A stretch of 64,000 bases of DNA from the human T2T-CHM13v2.0 reference genome, Homo sapiens. Each line of letters begins with the position of its first letter. Position 1 is the stretch's first letter. The stretch is taken from NCBI RefSeq assembly GCF_009914755.1, contig NC_060939.1; one strand, written 5' to 3'. The position numbers and the translations under genes were made by a program. Below the pieces are notes generated by a model, which did no database searches, was not told the DNA's origin, and saw nothing but the letters and a program-made list of their open reading frames with translations. Positions 44,763 to 64,000 of the stretch are shown piece by piece.

Positions 44763-47659
44763 CTAACAAAACGTAGAGAATGAATCAGAGATAATTAAAA
44801 AATACCAACTATTCCACTTTAGAAGAAGAGATGATTTTGCTTAACCTATTAACTATGAAGAAGAGGTACTTGACTGGATGACAGAAAATTTACTCATCTT
44901 TTTTGTATGTTTCAAGTGTAACAAAAGGACAGGGACCATTAAGCACAAATTTTACTTGCATGCCTACTATGTACTGGGCACTATCCAAAGTTTTCTAAGA
45001 AATTAAGCAATTTATATTGTAATTTTCTTGTAGTAGGCCAATTTGTGATGAGTATTTTGTATCCTTCGCAAATGAAATCTAGTCACAAGTATGAGGCATT
45101 CATTCACTGTATTATACTCATACAACCAAAAGTATTTACATGGTCTTTTGCAAAGACTGTCTAATATCAAATGAGGACATTCAGTACTTTTGAAAAAATC
45201 CTGAAACCAATTTTTACAACAATATATTTGGAGGGCATTTTACACAAAAATATAAAACTTATTCTCTTCAGATAATATTAACATGATCTCAAAGTATCTT
45301 TGTTAAAAATTCATATGGTACATGAACCCAATTCTCCGATCTGAAAGAGAAAAGCATGACCTAAGGGTGAAGATTGAAAGCATGTAGTGTCTCATTATGA
45401 CATTCATACACTTTAGATTTAGATATCTTCCCTATTGTCCTTTAGGAATATTTAATAACAAACCAACAGAAATGTAAATACAATATAAAAAGCAAACAGT
45501 GGCTTAGGCTAAATACATACCCATTTTTTAAAAACCTTCCAATTTAGCAGAGTCAAGCCTTTATTTTTACTTTGGACAGAGAAGAGAAACAATAGTACTG
45601 TGTTTTCCAATGATACTCTAAGTCAAAGAACTAAAATCTAAAATTATGAATTTAAAACTCCCATCACTTCTTAAATAAACATTAGATAAATGCTGCAGTG
45701 GCCATAAACCTCCCCCCAGTTTGATTAATTATTTATACAAATATCAAACTTGGCTAAGTCTCATAAACTACTTTAAAAATTCTACTATTGGTCAGAACTT
45801 AAAGTGTCCCAAAGTGTTGATTTTAGCATAAGCCTTATTTAAAGGATATAATATTGTTTATACTGCTATCAACATTATTTATATGTCAGTCGCCATGGTT
45901 TATAATCTTCTTGGCAATATTTATATTAGCATTACTTATGTGTACACTACTCAATCCCACTTATTAAAAAACTCAGTATCATTTTTATAACAAAATCAAA
46001 GCTAAAATATGAAGTAAAGACATTAATATGCTAATTCCATCTTTAGAATGACAGTGAAGAAAACAAATATCATTAACTTGGCTGCCATCAGCAGTGAACT
46101 TTTATACTGAAAAATTTTAGCAATAGTTTACTTGTCAAAAAGTTCTATGTACAGATTATTCCTGAAATCTCAATAGCATATAGGTTTATTCACTACACAC
46201 ATTGCATAATTTTTATACTAAGTTATATTTTTAGCTGAACACAGCAAAAATGCTAGCTGTTGGTTAAGTATTATAAAAAGTAGTTTATTCACTAAGTATC
46301 TCTAATGCAGCTTACAACACTAAAGAGTTTCTTAAAGTTACATCCAACAAATGTATACCAATTACTTCCTATGCGTTTAGGACTCTTCCATATTGTTAGA
46401 AATTAAAAAGCAACATAAAATACTGCCCAAAAGGAATCTGCAATCTCACACAGGCATAAAACCAATACACATTAAAGAGTTTATAGATCGGAAACAATGT
46501 TAAGAGTCATTCTCATCAGTAAAGGAAGATAAGGAATTTGAGGAGCATTTCCAGCTGAAAAAATCCTACAGGTAAAAAGAGAAAGAATTTTAAAAAGCAG
46601 ATATTATTCTGGACCAAAGATATTACAACCATTTTACAACTGATCTATTTAGTTCCTGTAGTATGATATTTAAAAAAAAGCTCCTATTTTTCATTAGTCA
46701 TTTTACATAAAATTACACCAACGGAACTGAACCTTTATATAAACAAATACCTTAAAGTATAAACTAGTTCATCAAATAAGTAAAATAAACATCAACTCAA
46801 CTCACAGAACAAATACTGGGAATATTAACTTTAAGGAATTATGTTAAATATTATTAGCAAATTACACTCAATTTTCAGTAAGTAGAATAAGTTCAAATTT
46901 TAACACTGCAAATGAGGCACAAAGACATCACCTTAACCAAGTACTCAAAGTTAATAACAAACCTAACCAAACTGATACCATATGCCTCTAGATGTGACAC
47001 TAAGGACAATCACTTTATTCCTACCAAAAATGCATAAGCTAAATTGAATTATGGACAAAGGACAATGTACAAAAAAAAAACCCTACAATGTATTCTTCAA
47101 AACTATTAATGTCATGAAAGACAAAGACAGGTGGAGGAACTATATCCAATGAAAGATATTAAAGAAACATACCAAATGAACTGAGTAATTCCACACTGGA
47201 TCCTGGAGGAAATTCTATTTAAAAAAATTATTGGGAAAACTAAAACACTTTAAATATAGACTATAAATTAAATAATACATAGATATCAAATTCTCCAAAT
47301 TTTATAATTGTAATGTGGTTATATAAATAAATGTCTTTGTTCTTTGGAGATCCATGCTCTAGGATTTAAAGGTGAATGCTTATGATGTTTGCACATTACT
47401 CTCAAATGTTAAGCATTTAACATGTATGTGTAATATGTAACAAGAGAAAAGAAAAAATGTGGCAAATGTTAATTTGTGAATGTAGGTGAACAGTATGGGA
47501 GGAGTTCGTTGTTCTATTCTTGCCACTTTTCTGTAGGTCTATAGACCTGAAAATTTTCACAGTAAGTTAAAAAATGAAGTACAAAACTAAGACATTCCAG
47601 TACACATGTACACATACACCTTTGAAAAAGACAGTAAAAGGATTTTCAGAATGTACTAC

Positions 47660-47922
47660 CTGGGTTTTTTCGGCAAGAGGATGGTCACAAGAGTGTAATG
47701 AGTCTTTGGGATGAGATTCTATAGTATTAGAAGTTCCATCTCCAACAAATTGACCTTTCTGTATGCTTTCATCAGGTAAAAGACATACATTTTCTTTATC
47801 ACTGTCATCCTTTGATCTTGTGGCTTCTGTTGCCAATGAAACTTTTGGCATCACTGCTGTTGATCGAGAACGAATAGGCCTTCCTCTCTGAACGGTCTCC
47901 CATCCTTCAGCATCTTTCCGTT
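47660..47922 (-). CDS. SCAPER: SCAPER internal coding exon, 263 nt (phase 1 to 0): (E)RKDAEGWETVQRGRPIRSRSTAVMPKVSLATEATRSKDDSDKENVCLLPDESIQKGQFVGDGTSNTIESHPKDSLHSCDHPLAEKTQ
   Basis: Acceptor ttgcatag|AA and donor CAG|gtagta. Open frame overlaps ORF 47567..47854. Peptide recognised as SCAPER and joins the next exon in frame. Confidence 0.95.
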
Positions 47923-50294
47923 CTATGCAATTAAAGTAAAAAACAAATCAAGATTTATTTAGATGATAAAAATATTTGGAAACTCATAGAATAAAAACAT
48001 TTTCCAATTTAATTCCCAACAAATATAACTAATATACAAACATGAGAGTATTATACAAAATGTATATTTGTATATACATATTTAAATAAATGTATGTATA
48101 ATTATTCCTACTTTACAAATGACAAAACTGAAATTCAGATTAAGGCTGACCTAAGGCCAGTGAGTAATAATAAATATTTAAATAGTGAATACTATGTGTG
48201 AGTACTGTTTTAAGTGCTTTATATATTATATCTCTTTTAATCTTCACAATAATCCTATAAGATCAGTATTATCATACCCATTTAAGCAATGAGGAAACTG
48301 AGACAAAGAGAAATTAAGTAATTTATCCCAGATCACGCACAGAGTAAAGGTAATGCCAAAATTCTAGTCTAGGTACATTGGTTCTGGTGTCCATCCCAAC
48401 GGCCATATAAAAACTGTCTCTTCATCTTTCAGAATCCAAACATCTACCTCCAAAGTCTGAGTTCTTTCCTCCATCCCAGCATCAACAGCATACCTTGATT
48501 TAAATAAACTATTTTTAGGATAAAATTATAGGATATTAATTGATAGCACCCAGAGGATCTAGTCTAATATTTCACCACATATACATGGAAACTAAGGGCC
48601 TACGTTCAAAGCCACACCAAAATAGCCTAAAAAAAATCACAAAAAATAGCCTAAAATAAATAAGAATCTTTCTCTAAAATATGACAATGTTGAGGTATTT
48701 ATATGTATAGTGGTGCTTATAGCCCCAATTGTAAATTTTTATTGGCTAATTACAGTCTTTCAAAGCTAATATAAAGAATTCCAGTTCTGGCCAAAATGAA
48801 GTAACCATTCCTTCATTTCGGGCCCTCCATCTTACAATTAAAAACCCTAGATAAAACACTGGAAGACTCTGAGAGATAGACTACAGTAGACTGCCTTGGG
48901 ATTTAGGGGACTTGAAAAGTAGCAAACTGGTGAGTTCCATGGGTTTCCTTACTGCCTCCTATGTATTCCAGACAGGATGCTTCAACAGTCTCCAAAAACA
49001 TCAATAGGCAAAGACAAAATAGGCATCAAGAAATGCCTCTTTTGCCAAGACAAAGCACAGAAAAAAGGGTGGCCTAACAAAACAGAAAATCTCTTTAGCA
49101 ATATCCACTCTACTGCAGCCAAACACCAATGGAACCCCTGTTCCCCATGGTTTCAGTAGGGGTAAACTGGGAGCTTAACTTCCATCTCCCACCTAACAGA
49201 AATAGATGATACTCCAATTCCCCTATCCAAGTAGCATCAGTAGGGCCCAATAGTGAACAAAGTCTCCTCTCACTAGCTCTCACCCTCACCCAGTATCAGC
49301 AAGGCCCTATAGAAAGCTGAGCTTCTGCTATCACCAGCATCAATGAGGCAGAAAAAGTAGTGGGAGGCAGAAAAAGTAGTGGGGGGCAGATTTGTTTGAC
49401 ACTGGGATTCCCCCTTTCCTTTTCCTTATGTCAGCAGAACCCAGCAGGGAGCCAGGATCCCACCCCAACCTACAGTAACAAGGTGATATGAGTCACTCCT
49501 GCTTCCACTTCTCCCCTCCTTAGTGTGAGGGTGGCCAAGCAGGGAGCTGAGCTTATAAAACCGGTAGGAGGAAAGGAAGTGATGCAAGTTGGTTTGATAC
49601 TTTTGCTGCAAAGGTATCACAAGACCAAGAACAATCTCAGAACCTGTGAGACAATATTTGAGTTACTAGAGTTCAAGAAGGAGAGTATAGGAAAAAGAAA
49701 TACTTTTCAATACTGAAAAAGTATTGAAAAAATAATGGCTGAAAAATTCCTAAATTTAGTGAAACAGAGAAAACTATGAATTCAAGAAAGTAAGTGAATC
49801 CCAAATATGATAAACCCAAAAAAGTCCATAGTAAGACACATCATAATTAAAGCTCTCAAAACTAAAGACAAAGAAAAATCATAATTAAACCTCTGAAAAC
49901 TAAATACACACAAAAAAATATTGAAAGCAGTCAGAAGACATATTACCTATAGAGAAACACCAATTCAAATTACAGCAGATTCCTCATCTGAAACAATGGA
50001 AGCCAAGAGGAAGTGGCACATTTATCAAGGGACTGAAAGAACTGCCCATTGTGAATTTTATTAATATATGTGGTGAACATATCCTTCAGAATGAAAGGAA
50101 AATAAAGGCATTCACAGATAAAAGAAAAACTAAGAGAATAAATCACTAGCAAAACTACCTTTAATAAATGGCTAAAGAAAGTTCCCAAAAGAGAAATGAA
50201 ATTTAACGAAAGAAGGTTTGAGGCCAGGGGTGGTGGCACATGCCTGTAATCCCAGCACTTTAGGAGGCCAAGGGGGGTGGATCACCTGAGGTCA

Positions 50295-50526
<232 letters not shown>

Positions 50527-50590
50527 TCAAAGAAGGTTTGAAATTTCAAAAAGGAAAGAACATTGCAATGGTTAAAAATGGAGGTAAATA

Positions 50591-50953
50591 CAAGTTGCTC
50601 CTCAACTTACAATGTGGTCACAACCTGATAAACTCATACACAGTAAGTTTGAAATATCAAATCAAAAATGGATTTAATACACTTACCCTACCAAACATAA
50701 CTAGCCTAGACTACCTTAAATATGCTGAGAACACTAAGAGCCTACAGTTGGGCAAAATCATCTAATACAAAGCCTATTTTATAATAGAGTGTTAAATAAC
50801 TCATGTAATTTAATGAATACTATACTGATAGTGAAAAACACTTTCAGCTGTTGGGTAAGATTCAGCATGGATACTCAAAATATAGTTTCTATTGAATGCA
50901 TATTGCTATCACAGCATCATAAAGTTGAAAAGTCATAAGTTGGGACTCATATG
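50591..50953. mobile_element. MER47A-type Tigger MITE
   Basis: 'gctcctcaacttac...gcctacagttgggcaaaatcatctaa...' flanked by TA. Confidence 0.8.
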
Positions 50954-51446
50954 TATAATTATCCTTCTCATGAATTTTCTGAATCATCTTTCATAGTAAT
51001 GCAAAATTGTATCACCAACTGAAGTAGTGCTCGATGTATACAGATAAAATATTTGAGATAATTATATTTTAAAAATGGAGAGAGTTAAGGAAACCAATTA
51101 AAAGGTAAGGTTTCTAAATTTCACTCACAGTGGTGTATGCCAATATCAGTAAACTGTGATAAATTACGTATGTATAATGTTATACCTAAAGTAACCACTA
51201 AGGAACCTATACAAATCAATATTGTTTAAAATACTATGAGTAAATCAAAAGAGAATCAAAAAAACTTTCAAGTACCCCATAGACAGGCAAGAAATGCAAA
51301 GCAGTTCAGAGACAGAAAACATAAATAATAAAATGAACAGATTTATCAATAATTACCTTAAATGTAAATGTTCTAAATATCCAAATTAAATCACACAGGC
51401 TGGGACTCCATAAACTCTTTAATTATTTAAACACATAAGTGTGAGT

Positions 51447-51472
51447 GTATGTGTGTGTGTGTGTGTGTGTGT
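51447..51472. repeat. (GT)n microsatellite
   Basis: Direct read of tandem GT units. Confidence 0.9.
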
Positions 51473-52708
51473 ATGTATATACATATATACTTATATACCT
51501 ATAGTTTAAGTATGTTTTTAAGTATTAGTTTAAGTACATTTTTAAGTATACACATATGTATGTGTGGTCAAGCAGGGAGCTCAGCTTACAAAACCAGTAC
51601 ATAAGTATATACTTAGATATGCATATACTTAAAAATACACTTAAACTATATGTTATCTAAAAGCAACTCATCTAAATACAAAACACAGGTAGGCTGAAAG
51701 TAAAAGAACAGAAAAGATATGCCATGCAAACATTAATAAATCAGGAGAGGGTAAGTAATAGAGAATCCTGAACAAAGAAAATTACTAAGGACAAAAAATA
51801 TATTGGATAATGATAAAAAGTATCATTCCATAATGAACACAAAACATTATAGGATATAGGATATAGGATACATTCCTAAATGTACAAATACCAAACAAAT
51901 GAAACTGAAGATACATTGTGGAAAAACAGCAACTGACAGAACTATTGACAGAAAATCAGCAAATGTATTAATATAAAAGAAATGAATAAGATCAACCAAC
52001 AGAAAATGACATATATACAAAAATCTATCCAACAACAGTGAAAAAAAATTTCAAATGCTCACAGAACATTAACCATGATAAACCATATCTGAGGCATAAA
52101 ATAAACTTCTACAAGTATAAAATAACTGACATCACACAAAGTATGTTCACAATAGGAATTAAACAGGAACATTACTACAGATCTTCCACCCATTAAAAGT
52201 ATAAGAAAGGAATACTACAAACAACTTTATGCCAATAAATTCAATGACATGGAATAAATGGATCAATCCCACCAAAACCACTAGCTACTAAAATTCAACA
52301 AAGATAAAATAGACAATCTGGATAGCCCCGTAACTGTTAAAGAAACTCAATATACAATTTAAAAGAAAGAAGTTTCTCTCAACCCAGATGGTTTCTCTGG
52401 CAAATTCAACTAAAAACTTTTTAAAAGATTCACACTAGTTCTATGCAAGCTATTCCATAAAACAGAAGATAAGGAAATACATTTCAAGTTATGCAAAGCT
52501 AATATTGTTACTCTGTTAAAAAAAAAAAAATTACACAGTACAAAAAAATTAAATGACTTACCAAAATCTCTCATGAACTGAGACGCAAACATTTTCAACA
52601 AAATAATAGTATATGAAATATACCAATATATAAACAATTATAAGCTATGACCAAGTGAAATTTATTTCAGATATGCCATCCCAGTTCACCATTCAAAAAC
52701 CAATCAAC

Positions 52709-58846
<6,138 letters not shown>

Positions 58847-58853
58847 ATCAATG

Positions 58854-59168
<315 letters not shown>

Positions 59169-61650
59169 TCACCACTGTCAATAGGCTAAACAACAAAAAT
59201 CATCAGATCATATCAACTGATACAGGAAAAGCATTTCACAAAATCCAACATCCACTCATAATAAAAATTTGCATTAAATCATAATAGATGGTAACTTCCT
59301 CAACTTGATAAAGAACATCCATAAAAATACCTACAGCTAACATAATACTTAGTGGTGCAAAACTGCTTTCCTCCCAGATCTGGAACAAGGGAAAGGTGTC
59401 TCCTATCACCATGCTTATTCAATAGCTTGTTCAATATAGTACTGAACATTCTAGACAGTGCCACAAAAAACAAAACAAAACAAAATCATAGGAAAAAAGA
59501 CATACAGACAGGAAAGGAGGAAATAAAACTGTCCCTATTTTTAGATGACATAATAGAAAATCCCAGAGAATACACATAAAAACTCCAAGAATTATATGGG
59601 TTCAGTAAAGTTGCAGGATACAAGACCAACACTCTAAATGTCCATTGCATTTCTATATACTAATAAATGTGTGGAAATTAAATTTAAAACTTATAATCGC
59701 AAAAAGAAAATGAAATAGTTATAAGTCCAACAAAAAAGTACAGAATGTCTATCTTGAAAATTATAAAATGCTGATGAAAGAAACAGAAGAAGGCCTAAAG
59801 AAATAGAGGGACATTCCATGTTCATAGGCTGCAAGATTCAGCATAGTAAAGATACTCTCTCTAAATTGATTAACTCTCTCTAAATTGATCCATCATTGTA
59901 ATTGTTCTATAAACTCCCAGTAACATTTTTGATGTAAATAAGTTCATTCCAAAAATGTATATAGAAAGACAAAGGACCTAAAATAGCTAAAAACAATTTT
60001 GAAAAAGAAAAGAAGCAATCACTCTACCCAATATTAAGGCTTACCACAGAGTTAATCAAGTCAGTATAGAATTGATGGAACAAAAAACATATGAAACACA
60101 ATATAGAACCCAGAAATACACCCACGCTTATATGGCCAGCTAATTTTTTATAAAATTGCAAATGCAATTCAACAGAGAAAGAAAAGAATTTTTCTTTTAT
60201 TTATTTATTTTTAGACAAGGTCTCACTCTCTCCCCAAGGCTGGAATGCGGCGATCCTCCAGAGCAGCTGGGACCACAAACACATGCCACCACGCCCAGCT
60301 AATTTTTTATTTTTAGTAAAGGCAAGGTCTCACTATGTTGCCCAGGCTGGATGTGAACCTCTAGACTCAAGCAATCCTCCTGGGTTGGCCTCCCATAGTG
60401 CTGGGATTACAGGTGAGCCACCAAGCCTGGCCAAGAATTTTCAACAAACTGGTGGAGTAAATGGACATCCATAGGCAAAAAACGAACCTTCACTTAAAAC
60501 GCACACTTTATACAAAAATTAACTTAAAATGGATCACAGATTTAGTAATAAAATTTTAAACTATCAACTTCCAGGCAATGTAAGAGAAAAACCTTCAGAA
60601 TCTATGGGTAGACAATGAATTCTTAGACTTGATGACAAAAGTATGATCTATTAAAAAAAAACTAATCAATCATACTTCATCAAAATTGAAACTTCTGCTG
60701 TGCAAAACACCCTGTGAAGAAAAGGACAGACTGGTAGAAAATATCCAACACAACACGAGTGTCTAGAATACACAGAGAACTCTCAAAACTGAACTGTATT
60801 ATTACAAACAGTTCAAGTAGAAAATAGGCAAAGACATGAGCAAACATTTCACTGAAGAAGATATACAATGGGCAAATAAGCCCATCATGTTCAACATCAT
60901 TAGTCATTAAAGAAATGCAAATTAAAACCACAATGCACATATAAAAATAGCTAAAACAAAATTCTCTGGTAACACCAAAACACCACACGGCCGTGGAGAA
61001 TGTGGGGTTACGGGATAGCAAAAAGTGTATGGAATTTCTTTATGAGGTGAAGAAAATGTTATAAAATTGACTGTTGTGATAGTTGTACATTATGTGTGAA
61101 TATACTAAAAACCAATGAACTATATACTTTAAACAAGTAAACTACATGTTATGTGAATTGTATCTCAATAAAGCTGGTATAAAAAATGAACAGAAAAGAG
61201 ACAATTTTTGAGGTTTATTTTTGTAAAACTGAAAATCTATATTATTATGAAAACAAAATAAATCTGTATATCATAGAACAGTGTGTCATACCATCACATG
61301 AATCACTAAAGGTAAAAAAATTTTATTTTCAGGAGAAAACAAAACCCAAAATGCTCATTCTTGTAACTGGTATATTAATTCATTACCCTGTTTTTGAAAA
61401 TACAAAACTGTATGTTCGTATGTTGTATGTTTATTTTAAAATAAATATTATCAGACAGAAACTATAATATTTTACTTCATAGATACGGACTTTGAAATCT
61501 CTAAGTAAAAGTATGTTTACATCTGTTTTGTGAATTTTTAAAGTGCTTTATTATGAAAGTTCTCAAATACACAATATAGAGAAAACAGTATAATGAACCC
61601 CATGTTCCAATAATCCAGCTTCAACAATTATCAACATTTTGTCCCTCTCT

Positions 61651-61770
61651 ATTTTTATTTTTTTTGAGACTGGTCTCGCTATGTTGCCCAGACTAGTACC
61701 CATAGGCTCAAGCAATCCTCCTACCTCAGCCTTCTGAGTAGCTGGGACTACAGAACTACAGCTACCCGGC
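61651..61770 (-). mobile_element. Alu monomer (FLAM/AluJ-like)
   Basis: Reverse Alu arm with T-rich tail. Confidence 0.75.
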
Positions 61771-62755
61771 CCAATTTCTGACATTCTTTTTTCAATCCAT
61801 TCCCCTTCCCCATTATTTTTTCTGAAATAATTTAAAGCAAATACATTTCTCTTGTAATTGTTTAGTATGTATCTTTGTAAGAATATAAATAGGCATTTTC
61901 TTAAAAATATAACATTATGAAACTGAAAAATAATGCCTTAAATTATATAATATCCAGTCTGTGTTCAATTTTCATCTGTTTAATGTTATTAAAATTCAGC
62001 ACATATAATACATTTATGCTTTATCCTTTAAATACATATAATGTAAATTAAAACAAAAATCGTAAGATGAATCATATAAAAACCACACATACCAAGAGGA
62101 AAAAAATAAATTATAAAATTAAGCATTTAACAAAAGATCTCAGTTTCCAGTTAACTGGCTCACCCTTAGAAGCACTATGCCTACTCATTTTACTTTTTAA
62201 AGGAAAGAAAAACACCTTTATTTGAAAGCTTCCTTATAGAAAGAAATGCTGCTTAAAATTGGACCTAATCTTTTAACCAATAAAATTGCCAACACAATCA
62301 TATAATTTTTTAATTGAATTAATATTTAAAGCAGTCAAGAGAGGAGTATATCAAACTAGGAACTATAACTTAGGTCTCTTTAAAACTGAGAAATTAGTTA
62401 CAGACAAATTATATTTTTAATAAACCTTCAGTGCAAACTATATTTAAAAATTATTCCCATAATAAAGAATGTTTAAGAACAGCAAATCATGCAATTAAAC
62501 TGTCAGAGAACTTCTAAATAATTACAAGGTTAGGACAGAGTACACAAAACTAAAAATTACATTTCATTTCATAGTTTTTACACTTGTACAATTTTTAAAA
62601 TTTTACAAATGTCATTAAGAACGTTGTACTAAATTCAAGTCAATATAACCAGTAACTGATGTGCACCTGGAATAATCCCAATCTTACTGTGAAATATTAT
62701 TTTTATCACTGTATTTAATTCAATAATATTTTGTTTAAAATATTTACATCAATGG

Positions 62756-64000
<1,245 letters not shown>

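Noticed and set aside
47614-47659. Alternative donor AAG|gtgtat 40 nt downstream of the 263-nt exon
   Set aside because: Weak consensus and frameshifting; no supporting evidence in the sequence.
47567-47854. ORFs 47567..47854 and 44496..44756 as stand-alone small genes
   Set aside because: They are SCAPER exons read through into intron.

Overview
AT-rich primate, almost certainly human, genomic DNA lying entirely inside the minus-strand gene SCAPER (S-phase cyclin A-associated protein in the ER, ZNF291). Nine consecutive GT-AG coding exons (263, 213, 171, 76, 118, 112, 141, 156 and 143 nt, running 47922 to 1413) splice into one uninterrupted frame. The rest is intron, dense in transposon fossils: a full-length but dead L1PA6-like LINE-1, several old L1M elements, about 20 Alus, solo LTRs (LTR13, MLT2A, MLT1, MST, MER21), a four-layer nest of Tigger DNA transposons holding a 7SK retropseudogene, and a U2 5' fragment. 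I see no new gene system. The best leads are at motif and splicing level: a SLIP1/MIF4GD-binding-like motif (SWGDIVEEE) and a KEN box in SCAPER, an exon junction that rebuilds a 5' splice site (AAG|GTAAAT), an in-frame alternative donor (+VSAANL), a candidate 66-nt poison exon, and a stop-free 477-nt potential circRNA. Repeat subfamily names come from recalled consensus sequences and need RepeatMasker/Dfam confirmation.
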